A DNA stretch of 64,000 nucleotides, taken from positions 4,384,001 to 4,448,000 of the forward strand of contig CBDFLE010000006.1 in NCBI GenBank assembly GCA_965248925.1, in the 5' to 3' direction. This document shows, piece by piece, positions 28,737 to 38,187 of the stretch. The notes below the pieces were generated by a model. The model made no database searches. It worked only from the letters and a program-made list of their open reading frames with translations, and was not told the origin of the DNA. The first letter of the stretch is position 1, and each line of letters starts with the position of its first letter. A program made the position numbers and the translations under genes. Source of the DNA: Candidatus Multivoradales bacterium. GTDB taxonomy: Bacteria > Acidobacteriota > Thermoanaerobaculia > Multivoradales > J023.

Positions 28737-30428
28737 ATGCGTAGGAGCGGAGTCGCGACATGGACCACGTTGGCGGCGTTGTTGCTCGCCGTGGTCGCTG
28801 CAAGTCCCGCCACGGCAGATAATAATTGCTGGGATCAGGGATACAAGACAGCCTACGACCGGGTAGGGCGCCTGGGTGGCCCGAACAAAATCGCCGGTCC
28901 GGTGAAGAGTCCAGCTGAACTTGCCGAGTTGCTGCGTGCCGAGCCGGCGATCTGGAACGAACTCGTCGAGCTGATGAATCAAAAGGGGCAGGGCGATGTT
29001 GCCGACCTGCTCTACGGCGCGATTCAGTCTGGGAATGCCGAAGTAGCACCAATCCTCGAAGGCCAGGTCTATCAGTGGATGGCGTTCAAGAAGCGCGGTT
29101 CGCCGAAGACCTCGCGTGGCGCGGTCTGCATGGTGGTGCCCGACGGGCGTTACACGTCCTACAACTACGAGGTCGTTCAGGTTGGGCCAGTGATGGCCGA
29201 CAAGATGGGCGATTTCGGCCTCCTGGCCAGCAATCCCGAGCCGGGCGTGGTGCGGCTGGAGGTCACCGGCAACGCCGAGGGCGTAGACGTAGTGGGTCCG
29301 GACGGCCCCATAACTTTGAGCGGTGGTAGCTGGACCCAGAACATTGATGAGTCTGAAGATGCGCGCACGATGGAGTTCACCGCCAGCCGCGCCAACTGGG
29401 GCACCCAGACCGAGACCCCGCATCGGTTCGCTATCCCCCCGGCTTGCGTCAACTTGTCTTACATCGGCGCGGGCCCGACCCAAACCAAGAAAGTCGAGCT
29501 CGATCCGACCCACCAGTCGGCTTCGGTTGCCGTTCCGGCGACTATCCGCGCCAGCTGCGAAATCTCAGTGGAGCCGGAGACGGTCAAGCGCAAGGGCTCG
29601 GTGGTAGCCACCGTCAGCGGTGAGTTCGACGAGGTCGTCACCGTCGTGATCGGCCCGGACGGCAGCGAGATCACTACCTTCAGTGGTACTTCCAGTGGCC
29701 CGATCAAGCTGAAGAAGAAGGGTGCCTACACCTTCCGCGGCAAGGCTACTCGGGGCAGCAAGACCGCCACTTGTAGCGCCGAAGCGTGGGCTGGTCGCCG
29801 ACCGAAGGGGGCCGCTGTAGCCGCCGCCGCGGGCGCTTGTCATGAGCATGGTAGTGGCAGCTGGATCTTGCGACCATTCGCCAGCTACCTGGGCAGTTCA
29901 GGTTCGAGCGTCTTCACCAGCAGCTTCCGGGCTGACGGTACCAACGAGCGCAGTCAACTCGAACTGGCGGATGGCAGTGCCCTCGGGGTCAGTCTTGAGC
30001 GCCTGTTCGGTAATTGCCGGGCTGGACTCGAAGGCACTTTGATCGCCGGCAACCTCGATGCCAAGCTGTTCTTTGACCTCGACGAGGCCTGGGACCATGA
30101 TGACGAGGATCTCGGCTTCCTGGCCTTCACCCTCGGGCCGAATTTCCACCTGACGCCGAACAGCAATGTGGATCTCTACTTCGGCCCGTTTGTGGGCTAC
30201 GTCACGGTCGACGACGTCAGCTTCTCGGTGTTGGGCGAGACCCAGCGCCGCAATTTCGAAGACGGGGTGACTTTCGGCGCCCAGCTCGGACTCGATATCC
30301 CCTTTGGCGGTAGCGCCTGGGGACTGCATCTGGGCACCCGCTTCTTGGAGATTAGTAGCGAAGTCAGTGATATCGATACCGATCTGGATACCTTGACCGC
30401 TGACCTGGGCTTGGCCTTCAGGTTCTGA
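28737..30428 (+). CDS. Secreted multidomain protein with C-terminal OmpW-like beta-barrel
   Basis: AAGGAG SD, signal peptide, Cys-containing soluble region, about 195-aa C-terminal amphipathic strands ending LGLAFRF. Confidence 0.7.
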   Translation: MRRSGVATWTTLAALLLAVVAASPATADNNCWDQGYKTAYDRVGRLGGPNKIAGPVKSPAELAELLRAEPAIWNELVELMNQKGQGDVADLLYGAIQSGNAEVAPILEGQVYQWMAFKKRGSPKTSRGAVCMVVPDGRYTSYNYEVVQVGPVMADKMGDFGLLASNPEPGVVRLEVTGNAEGVDVVGPDGPITLSGGSWTQNIDESEDARTMEFTASRANWGTQTETPHRFAIPPACVNLSYIGAGPTQTKKVELDPTHQSASVAVPATIRASCEISVEPETVKRKGSVVATVSGEFDEVVTVVIGPDGSEITTFSGTSSGPIKLKKKGAYTFRGKATRGSKTATCSAEAWAGRRPKGAAVAAAAGACHEHGSGSWILRPFASYLGSSGSSVFTSSFRADGTNERSQLELADGSALGVSLERLFGNCRAGLEGTLIAGNLDAKLFFDLDEAWDHDDEDLGFLAFTLGPNFHLTPNSNVDLYFGPFVGYVTVDDVSFSVLGETQRRNFEDGVTFGAQLGLDIPFGGSAWGLHLGTRFLEISSEVSDIDTDLDTLTADLGLAFRF

Positions 30429-30572
30429 TACTCGGGCCGAAGGTTCGGCTCTCTGCCGGACTCTAGTTTGCGAGTAGATCCGCAACGCGCTCGTCGGCAC
30501 AGCTGGCGGGCGCGTTGGTCGTATGGGGACCATGAATTGGCGCTCGGTGGCGCTGCCGGGCGAGGGGAAGGT

Positions 30573-32153
30573 TCAGCGCTTGTCTGTCGGGCGGTTGGGT
30601 AGCCGAACCTCGAAACGGGCGCCGCCACTTTTGCGGTTGCTGACACTGACCATGCCGCCGTAACCCTCGACGATCGCCTTGACAATGGCCAATCCAAGCC
30701 CGGAATGGCAGCTAGGGGTGGGTCTTGGAGCGGCGCGATAAGTGAAGAAGCGGTCGAAAATCTTTTCCAGGTGCTCTGTCGGTACCCCCGGACCCCGATC
30801 GAGGATGTTGACTTGCGCAGCCTCTTTGTCGCGGCTGAGTTCGATCCGGATCTCAGAATCGTCCGCTGAGAAGTCCGCCGCGTTGGCGAGTAGATTCTCG
30901 AATACCTGGGTAAGGCGGTCGGCAGAGGCCGCGACCCAAACGGCCCGCGACGGCATTTCCAGATGGAAGCGTAGGCGCTGTTCGCCGAGCATCTCAAAGC
31001 GTTCGACCAAGCCGCCGAGCAGCTGACGTAGGTCGAGCGGCGCTGCCGCTTCGTCGAGTTCGAGATCGATCTGAGTCACTTCGCGGACATCGGTGAGCAG
31101 GCGTTCCAGGCGCGCGACCTCACCCTGCGCCAGGGTGAGAAAGCGCTGTCGCTGCACCGGGTCTTCGACTTCCTCCAATAACTCAGTAGCGCTGCGAATC
31201 GCCGCTAGCGGATTCTTGAATTCGTGGGACACATCCGAGGCGAATGACTCGACGAACTTCAGGTGGCTTTCCAAGCGCCGGGTTAGTTCGGCCAGCGCCC
31301 GGCTCAGATCGCCGATCTCGTCGAGACTACGGGAGCCGCGAAAACGACCGCGCAACCGGCCCCGACGATCCAGCAGAGCCAATGCTTGCAGGCGCAACCG
31401 GCTCACCGGGCGGGCGATGGTGGTTGCCACAAGAAGGCTGAGCACGATCGCCGCCAACACCGAGGCCATCACCACCTTAAAGGCTGCCAGGCGTAGCTCG
31501 TAGAGGTCGCTCAAGATCTGGACAGTGGACTTCGACACCAGAACAACGCCGATCACCCTGTCGCCGTTGCGCACCGGTAGGGCGCTATAGAGGGTCAGGG
31601 AAGTCTGGCCGGGGAAACGTCGATAAGTGGCGCCATAGCTGCCCTCCAGAGCTTTCTGAATTTCGGGGCCGGTGAACTTAGCGCCGCGGGCATAGAACTC
31701 GGCATCGGGTGGCGATTCTGGGGGGTCGAAGAGTAAGCCGTAGAGGAATGAGCCGAGGCGATAGAGGGCGTTGTGTCGCGTCGCGTCGGCCACCTGACCG
31801 TCATAGGTTTGGCCCTCAACTTCAATGCGTGGTCCGAGCCGGCTGGAATCTGCCAGCAAATTGCCCTGCTGATCGATCACCCGCAGGCGAGCTTGGAATT
31901 CCTGGCGCATGTTGACCAGAATGCTTTGGGCGTTGGCTAGCTCCAGGGACTCGTGGGCGGCCAACGCGGCGGCGAAGATGCGTCCTTGCTGCACCATCGA
32001 ATCTTCTTGCATGCGCAGTAAACGCTGTTCATAGGCGCGAAAGGTTAGCAAACCGAGCGCTGGCAGGAAGATCAGCAGGACGTTGAAAGCTAACAGCCGG
32101 ATCCAGATGCGGGAGAGAAAACGCAGGAGCCTGTGCAGTGCTAGCCTCGACAA
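30573..32153 (-). CDS. Sensor histidine kinase, ChvG-like (HAMP-HisKA-HATPase)
   Basis: DEIGDLSRAL, FASDVSHEFKNPL, NLLANA, DRGPG, IFDRFFTYR, HSGLGLAI. Confidence 0.9.
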   Translation of the reverse strand: MSRLALHRLLRFLSRIWIRLLAFNVLLIFLPALGLLTFRAYEQRLLRMQEDSMVQQGRIFAAALAAHESLELANAQSILVNMRQEFQARLRVIDQQGNLLADSSRLGPRIEVEGQTYDGQVADATRHNALYRLGSFLYGLLFDPPESPPDAEFYARGAKFTGPEIQKALEGSYGATYRRFPGQTSLTLYSALPVRNGDRVIGVVLVSKSTVQILSDLYELRLAAFKVVMASVLAAIVLSLLVATTIARPVSRLRLQALALLDRRGRLRGRFRGSRSLDEIGDLSRALAELTRRLESHLKFVESFASDVSHEFKNPLAAIRSATELLEEVEDPVQRQRFLTLAQGEVARLERLLTDVREVTQIDLELDEAAAPLDLRQLLGGLVERFEMLGEQRLRFHLEMPSRAVWVAASADRLTQVFENLLANAADFSADDSEIRIELSRDKEAAQVNILDRGPGVPTEHLEKIFDRFFTYRAAPRPTPSCHSGLGLAIVKAIVEGYGGMVSVSNRKSGGARFEVRLPNRPTDKR

Positions 32154-32167
32154 GAGTTCCTCGCCTC

Positions 32168-32884
32168 CTAGGCTTCGCGAAGGCGGTAGCCGAGGCCGTA
32201 GACGGTCTCGATGCCATCGAAGTCACGGTCTGCCAGGGCTAGCTTCTTGCGCAAGCGCTTGATGTGGCTGTCGATGGTGCGGTCGCTGACGTAGGTGTCA
32301 TGGGGGTAGCCTTCCTGCATCAGCTGCTCGCGAGTCTTGACATGGCCGGGGCGGTGGGCGAGAGCGCGCAGGATCCTGAATTCGGTGACCGTCAGGGCCA
32401 GGGCGGTGCCGTTGAGCGTCGCGGTGTAGCGTTGCAGGTCCAGAGCCAGGGGGCCGCTCTCAAGGAGCTTGTCGACGGAGTCATTCGTACTCTGACCGGT
32501 GCTCAATGCTAGGCGCCGAAATAGTACCTTGACCCGCGCTGTCAGCTCGCGCATCGAGAACGGCTTGCAGAGGTAGTCGTCAGCTCCTAATTCGAGACCG
32601 AGGACGCGATCAAACTCCTCGTCACGGGAGGTCAGAAAGAGGATGGGCAGGCTTTCTGAAAGACCGCGCAGTCGGCGGCAGAGTTCGAGCCCGTCCATCC
32701 TTGGCATCAGAATATCGAGAATCACCACGTCGGCGAGGTTGCTCTCGAGGGCCTGCCAGGCATCTTGCCCATCGCTGAAGGCTTCTACCCGATAGCCTTC
32801 CCGGCGCAGGGCGAAGCCCACGGTTTCTCGGATCGTCTCTTTGTCGTCGACCAGCGCAATAAAACCTGAATCAGTCGCGTGCAT
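32168..32884 (-). CDS. OmpR-family response regulator, ChvI-like
   Basis: IALVDD, LDILMPRMDG, KPFS, LTVTEF, VSDRTIDSHIKRLRKK, IETVYGLGY. Confidence 0.92.
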   Translation of the reverse strand: MHATDSGFIALVDDKETIRETVGFALRREGYRVEAFSDGQDAWQALESNLADVVILDILMPRMDGLELCRRLRGLSESLPILFLTSRDEEFDRVLGLELGADDYLCKPFSMRELTARVKVLFRRLALSTGQSTNDSVDKLLESGPLALDLQRYTATLNGTALALTVTEFRILRALAHRPGHVKTREQLMQEGYPHDTYVSDRTIDSHIKRLRKKLALADRDFDGIETVYGLGYRLREA

Positions 32885-32935
32885 GGCCCAAATCTACCGC
32901 AGGGGAGGGCTCGAGACCAGCTGCCGGCGCGGCAG

Positions 32936-34072
32936 TCATTGCAGGCTGGCGAGGATCCGCCGGTAAGTGGCATAGCGAGCTTCCGAGATTCGCCCTTGTT
33001 CGACGGCTGCCAACACCGCGCACTGCGGTTCGTGTACATGGCTGCAATTGCCGAAACGGCAGCCGCTGGCGTAGCTCCGCAGGTCTTCGAAATAGCTACC
33101 CAACTGCTGCCGTTCGAGCTGCCACAGACCCAGTTCGCGAATGCCCGGTGTATCGATCAGGCGGATATCGCCAGCCAAGTGGTGCAAGCTCGACCGGGTG
33201 GTGGTGTGACGACCCTTGCCCCAGGTTTCGCTAATCGTGCCGGTGGTGGCAGCAAACTCAGGCGCAAGAGCATTGAGCAAGGAAGACTTGCCAACTCCAC
33301 TATGACCGGCGAAGACCGCTGTGCGCCCGGTCAAAGCGGCGCGCAGAGGTTGCAGGCTGGCGGGGTCTTTGGCGCTGCAGAGGATGACCGTCAGACCGAG
33401 CTGACGGTAGGGTTCGAGGGCCTCGTCGAGTTCAGCCCGCCGCTGCCGCTCGCTCGCTGGATCTTCGCTGAGCAGATCACTCTTGTTGATCACTAACAGG
33501 GCTTCAGCGCCGCCCCGCTCAGTAGCGATCAGGAATCGGTCCACCAAGGCAGCGCTGAAGGCCGGGTCGCGGACCGAGCTGACTTGCACCACCACGTCGA
33601 CGTTGGCGGCGATCAGTCGTTCCTCGCGCGGGTTGTGCGGGTCGGGTCGGGAAAGCAAGGTGCGTCGTGGCTCGATGGTGGTGAGACGATAGGCGTCGCC
33701 GTGTTGGGCGAAGCACACCTCGTCTCCCACCGCCAGGTGGGAGCGCTGCTGATGGGCAATTCGCGAGGGCAAGACACAATCGATCACCTCGCCGTCGCTC
33801 TCAACGGCGCAGATCGCTGAACCCAGCGCCACCACCACGCCATGCTGGTCCGGTTGCGTGGAATCCTTGGTGGCGGGTTTGGGGACTTCGCTAGTACTGC
33901 TGGTCGGTCGGCTGGGTGGGGCGTCGTCGGCTTCCAATCCGGCTGCCCAATCGCTGCTGTCGGAGGCCCCCTTGTAGAGTTGGCGCACCTGCTGCTCCAG
34001 CTTGCGGCGCTGGTGCCCGGCCAAACTTCGGCCGCCGCCTTTGATGCGTTTACGTTGCGCGCGGCGGGCCAT
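32936..34072 (-). CDS. rsgA: Ribosome small subunit-dependent GTPase A
   Basis: NKSD, GHSGVGKSS, GRHTTT, DTPG, CRFGNCSHVHEPQC zinc finger. Confidence 0.95.
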   Translation of the reverse strand: MARRAQRKRIKGGGRSLAGHQRRKLEQQVRQLYKGASDSSDWAAGLEADDAPPSRPTSSTSEVPKPATKDSTQPDQHGVVVALGSAICAVESDGEVIDCVLPSRIAHQQRSHLAVGDEVCFAQHGDAYRLTTIEPRRTLLSRPDPHNPREERLIAANVDVVVQVSSVRDPAFSAALVDRFLIATERGGAEALLVINKSDLLSEDPASERQRRAELDEALEPYRQLGLTVILCSAKDPASLQPLRAALTGRTAVFAGHSGVGKSSLLNALAPEFAATTGTISETWGKGRHTTTRSSLHHLAGDIRLIDTPGIRELGLWQLERQQLGSYFEDLRSYASGCRFGNCSHVHEPQCAVLAAVEQGRISEARYATYRRILASLQ

Positions 34073-34081
34073 CGTCGGTGC

Positions 34082-35440
34082 TCAGCAGGTAGTGGCCAGG
34101 CGCCGTTCTTGGACTTCGAGGCCGTGACGTTCGAGTTCGGCCAAGATTGGGCGGTAGATCTCTGCCGCGGTGGGGATCCTGCTGCCGGTGGCACGCAATG
34201 TGCCATCGAGGATGAACCTGCTGGCCACCGCCGCCGGCAGACCGACGGTCGTTGCCATGGCGGTGAAGCCGTCTGGCTGGCCTAGGTTGACGAAGGTCGA
34301 ATCGAGGCATTCGCGACGGTCGCCCTGTTGCGGATAGCGGACTTGCAGCTGGTGATAGAGGACCACCAGATCGCGCCCTCCGGGGGGTAGCGGCAGGCGT
34401 TGGCTGAGCAGACGGACCAGCGCTTCGGCGGGGCGCTGCACCTCGCCGCCGATGACTTCATCGTCGAACAGCCCCAACCAGCGGAGTTGATCAAAGACCG
34501 CTGAATCCACCGCCAGTCCGAGCAGCTTGGCGGTGCGCTCTTCCAAGCTGCCCTCGGCGGTGTGGGGCACGAACATGTCAGTGAGTTCGGCGAAAGTGCG
34601 CTGGCCGAGGTCTGAGATCTCCATCACCTCATTGGGCAAACCGAGCTGGACGATCTGATGCCAGAGCTGACAGAAGCCTGGCCAGCGCAAGGTGCCACGG
34701 ATCAAGGTGTGGCTGGTCTCGAGGCCAAGAGTCGAGCGGTAGGAGACCGAATCGCGGTTGGGATAGGCGTCGAATTGGCCGAGTCCCGGTATTTCGACCG
34801 GCCAAGTAGTGTCGAATACCCGATGCCAAGGCACCGCGTGCAGCCGGTCGTTGTGCAGGTATTCGGCGCCATCGCGAGCCGCCATGACGACGTTGCGCGC
34901 ATTCCAGGTAATGCAGTAATGCAGTGGATTGCTGTCGACTTCGGGGGCCGGCAGACCTCCGCCGTAACTGACGAAGCTCTCCACCACGCCGCCCTCGTCC
35001 TCGACTTGTTGAATGATCGCTCGGGCGGTCATCAAGTCGATACCTGGGTCGAGGCCGACCTCTGCTAGTAGCAGAACGCCTTGACGTCGAGCTTCCACGT
35101 CCAGTTGGTGAGTCTCGACATGGCGGTAGGAGGCCGACACCATCGGCCGGCCCGCCTTCAGGCAGTCACGCGCCACCATGGGCTGAAACGGTGGCGGCAG
35201 CAGGTGAACGACCAGGTCGGCAGCGTCGATCAGCGGCCGGCGTTGCGATTCGTCGAGGATGTCGAGTGCCACGCTGCGGCCACGGCTGTGGCCGCCGACC
35301 CGATCGGCTGCTGCTGCCGGGTCACGATCGGCCACCAAGACTTCCAACTCCAGCTCTTGAGCATGCTCGAGCAGATGGTGGATCAGGTAGGGGCTGCTCT
35401 GGCCAGCGCCGAGAACCAGGGCTGTTCTCATGGTCGTCAC
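34082..35440 (-). CDS. Saccharopine dehydrogenase (glutamate-forming type)
   Basis: LGAG, EVGLDPGID, YGGGLP, NPL.Y.ITW, PNRDS, RGTLR, AMATTVG. Confidence 0.88.
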   Translation of the reverse strand: MTTMRTALVLGAGQSSPYLIHHLLEHAQELELEVLVADRDPAAAADRVGGHSRGRSVALDILDESQRRPLIDAADLVVHLLPPPFQPMVARDCLKAGRPMVSASYRHVETHQLDVEARRQGVLLLAEVGLDPGIDLMTARAIIQQVEDEGGVVESFVSYGGGLPAPEVDSNPLHYCITWNARNVVMAARDGAEYLHNDRLHAVPWHRVFDTTWPVEIPGLGQFDAYPNRDSVSYRSTLGLETSHTLIRGTLRWPGFCQLWHQIVQLGLPNEVMEISDLGQRTFAELTDMFVPHTAEGSLEERTAKLLGLAVDSAVFDQLRWLGLFDDEVIGGEVQRPAEALVRLLSQRLPLPPGGRDLVVLYHQLQVRYPQQGDRRECLDSTFVNLGQPDGFTAMATTVGLPAAVASRFILDGTLRATGSRIPTAAEIYRPILAELERHGLEVQERRLATTC

Positions 35441-35554
35441 TCCGGAGTGCGGATGGTGTTCGCAGATCAGGTTAGGGAGAAAATCAGGCTAGCTGCGAGT
35501 GGATAGCTGATTCTAGCCCAACGACCTAGTCCGTCGCGAGAAGCCCTCTAACCG

Positions 35555-35610
35555 CTAGTGCCGAGCCCGAGGGCCCGGCACTAGGGGGAGAAGAAGAAGC
35601 TGAGGACACT
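35555..35610 (-). ncRNA. Candidate sigma-54-dependent small RNA
   Basis: Predicted start about 35610; C/U-rich tract then 13-bp hairpin with G-U on minus strand. Confidence 0.45.
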
Positions 35611-35620
35611 TCAGGGTTTG

Positions 35621-35637
35621 AGCACAAGCCGTGCCAG
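35621..35637 (-). promoter_or_regulatory. Sigma-54 (-24/-12) promoter
   Basis: Minus strand CTGGCACGGCTTGTGCT versus consensus YTGGCACG-N4-TTGCW; IHF-like AATCAAGGGTTCG at 35690. Confidence 0.75.
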
Positions 35638-35851
35638 GTCGGTAGTCGGGGCTTATAGGCCGCTCTCATGGAGCTGCGGAGGCTCCTAGAATCAAGGGTT
35701 CGGTGGCGTTGTCCGACTCTCACTCTGGGCTCGCTGAGGAGTCCCGCAAGGCTTCTATCGCCCACTGAGCAGGAAACCCCGTGTCAGTTTGGGGACAGTC
35801 GTGCCGCTTTGGCAGTCGGCCACACCAGCGATTCGTCTGAGATTTCTTTAG

Positions 35852-36244
35852 TCAGCGGTCGCGGTCCCTGGCCGGGGGGGCTGGCTTGGGGTTGCTGATC
35901 AGGCCCTTGTCCTCCAGCTCCAGCAGAGCGGCGTCATAGCGTGCCATGCGTTCGCGAATTTCGTCGAGGGGCGGCCGCGGGTCGGGATTCTCAAGCGAGC
36001 CCCCGAATAGTTTGGCGAAAAAGTCCCTCGGTGATATTTCGATCGCCATCAAGATGCCCAAAACATGGCGTATTGAAAGAGTGATGTGGCCCTGCAGCAC
36101 CTGGCTGACGTAGCCGCGTTTGAAGCCGTTGAGCTGCTCGATCCGTCGCTGAGTCGTGCCACAGCCGCGCACTAGCGAGAGGAGCTCTTGGCGGACTCGT
36201 TCGGCGTCTTGATCGCGTTCTTGCTCAAAGATGGTGAAATTCAT
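35852..36244 (-). CDS. Small XRE/Cro-like HTH protein
   Basis: TQRRIEQLNGFKRGYVSQVLQG HTH, DFF motif; GGAGG SD. Confidence 0.75.
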   Translation of the reverse strand: MNFTIFEQERDQDAERVRQELLSLVRGCGTTQRRIEQLNGFKRGYVSQVLQGHITLSIRHVLGILMAIEISPRDFFAKLFGGSLENPDPRPPLDEIRERMARYDAALLELEDKGLISNPKPAPPARDRDR

Positions 36245-36280
36245 CGCACCTCCATGTTAGCCGGTTCCCGTCCAACAGCG

Positions 36281-36334
36281 TGAATCACACAACTACGATT
36301 GAAATATGCGATTCATCGTGAGATACTAGATGAA
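36281..36334. promoter_or_regulatory. AT-rich divergent promoter with overlapping inverted repeats
   Basis: TGAATCACA...TGCGATTCA and TTCATC-N11-GATGAA. Confidence 0.4.
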
Positions 36335-36396
36335 GTTACGCTGGAGTTGCGCCTCCAGCATTCATCCAACCCTCCACTCAATCGACAAGGGGAGCC

Positions 36397-36888
36397 ATGA
36401 TTAGTTTCGTACAACCTATTCCATTTCTGATTCCAGCCTGTTTGCAGTTCGCTGCGGGGGAACTCAGCCATTTAGTAGTCCTGGGAGAAGTCGGCGTAGG
36501 GTGCCCCAGGGAAGATCCAGCTTTGCTCGCCGAGCCTACAGAGCCGTTGGCGAAAGGCGCCTCGCCGCTCTTCTCGATCCGGGTGCCGAAAGAAGCCGCG
36601 GTGGTCGCTTGCCCCTACTCCGGTCAGCGTTTTTATGCCGCTGGGCCAACCGCTTACCAGGACGACCAACCGATTTCCGACCTGGCGATGCTCGGTCGCT
36701 GTCGTGAGCTGGGAATGCTGCTGGCTTTGGCAGCGGTTACTCGGGCTTGTGGAGCACTCTCGTTGGCCGCTCCCGAAGTCGGCCGCGAAGCGCTGGTTCA
36801 GCTGGCGGCCTTCGCCCGAGTCTATGAGACGTACACTGCCAAATCGGGTCCCCAGCGCCCCTTTAACCTACCGCATGAGGACACCTAA
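36397..36888 (+). CDS. Hypothetical protein divergent from HTH gene
   Basis: AAGGGGAG SD and ATG; fills the intergenic space; no recognisable motif. Confidence 0.55.
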   Translation: MISFVQPIPFLIPACLQFAAGELSHLVVLGEVGVGCPREDPALLAEPTEPLAKGASPLFSIRVPKEAAVVACPYSGQRFYAAGPTAYQDDQPISDLAMLGRCRELGMLLALAAVTRACGALSLAAPEVGREALVQLAAFARVYETYTAKSGPQRPFNLPHEDT

Positions 36889-36929
36889 GACGACCGATCT
36901 AACTAGTGCAGCTGGCTCCTTAACTCCGG

Positions 36930-37910
36930 TCAGGGCAGTAGATCTCTGATTGCTTCCCGCTCTTCGCGGAGCTCGTCTTCCGTGGCTTGCAGACGTTGTT
37001 GGCTGAAATCATCGATTTCAAGATCATCCACGATCTCATATGCACCGTCAGAGCAGCGCACTGGGAAGGAGAAGACCACACCTTCTTTGATGCCATAGCT
37101 GCCGTCGCTGGGTATGGCCATGCTCAGCCAGTCGTCGGCTGGTGAGCCCTGCACCCAGTTGCGCACATGGTCCAGTGCAGCGGAGGCGGCCGAAGCGGCT
37201 GAAGAGGCGCCGCGAGCTTTGATGATGGCACTGCCGCGTTTCTGAACCGTCGGAATGAAGGTTTCGGCGATCCAGTTCTGATCGACCAGATCTTTGGCCG
37301 CGGTGCCATCGACAGTGCAGTGGCTGAGATCAGGGTACTGAGTCGAAGAGTGATTGCCCCAGATAGTCATCTGGCGAATATCAGTCACATGTTTGCCGGT
37401 CTTCGCGGCTAACTGGCCGATGGCGCGGTTGTGATCCAGCCGAGTCATGGCAGTGAACTGTCTCGGGTTGAGGTCGGGGGCGTTGTGGCTGGTGATCAGG
37501 GCGTTGGTGTTGGCCGGGTTGCCGACGACCAAGACCTTGATCTTCTTGTCCGCATGGTCGTTGATCGCCTTGCCCTGAGCTGAGAAAATCTTGGCGTTGG
37601 CGCTCAACAGATCCTTGCGCTCCATTCCTGGCCCTCGCGGGCGGGCACCGACCAGGAGGGCGATCTGAGCGCCTGAGAAAGCCTCTTCGGGACGGTCGCT
37701 CTGGGTCACGCTATCGAGCAGCGGGAAGGCGCCGTCGGCAAGTTCCATAGCGCTGCCGCGGAGCGCATCCATCGCTGGGGGAATTTCGAGAAGTTGTAAG
37801 CTAACCGGCTGGTTCGGACCGAGCAGATTGCCTGCCGCGATACGGAAGATGAGCTGATATCCAATCTGGCCAGCGGCGCCAGTCACCGCGACGCGCACGG
37901 GTTGGGTCAT
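36930..37910 (-). CDS. mdh: Malate dehydrogenase (type 2)
   Basis: [49 protein letters not shown]; AGGAG SD before ATG 37910. Confidence 0.97.
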   Translation of the reverse strand: MTQPVRVAVTGAAGQIGYQLIFRIAAGNLLGPNQPVSLQLLEIPPAMDALRGSAMELADGAFPLLDSVTQSDRPEEAFSGAQIALLVGARPRGPGMERKDLLSANAKIFSAQGKAINDHADKKIKVLVVGNPANTNALITSHNAPDLNPRQFTAMTRLDHNRAIGQLAAKTGKHVTDIRQMTIWGNHSSTQYPDLSHCTVDGTAAKDLVDQNWIAETFIPTVQKRGSAIIKARGASSAASAASAALDHVRNWVQGSPADDWLSMAIPSDGSYGIKEGVVFSFPVRCSDGAYEIVDDLEIDDFSQQRLQATEDELREEREAIRDLLP

Positions 37911-38187
37911 GTCTAGGCTCTCCTGAGGTCGAGTTAGGCGATGCAAGCTCTTTCAACGGTGGCTCCCTACTAGGGGAGAGCGCTGATCCCTAGCAGGCAA
38001 TGCTGAGGGTTTGAAAGAGCTGAAGTCCGAAGCTCGGACGGACGGCCGATGCTAGCACAGCCTGCTTTGGGTGGACCGTCCGCCAGCTGTAGACTCGCAT
38101 TCCTCTGAGGTGGTGGGTTACAGAACTGCTATGATGTGGCGCCATAGAGAATTTTCCGCTGAACGCCAGATTCAGGAGCCTTCAATC

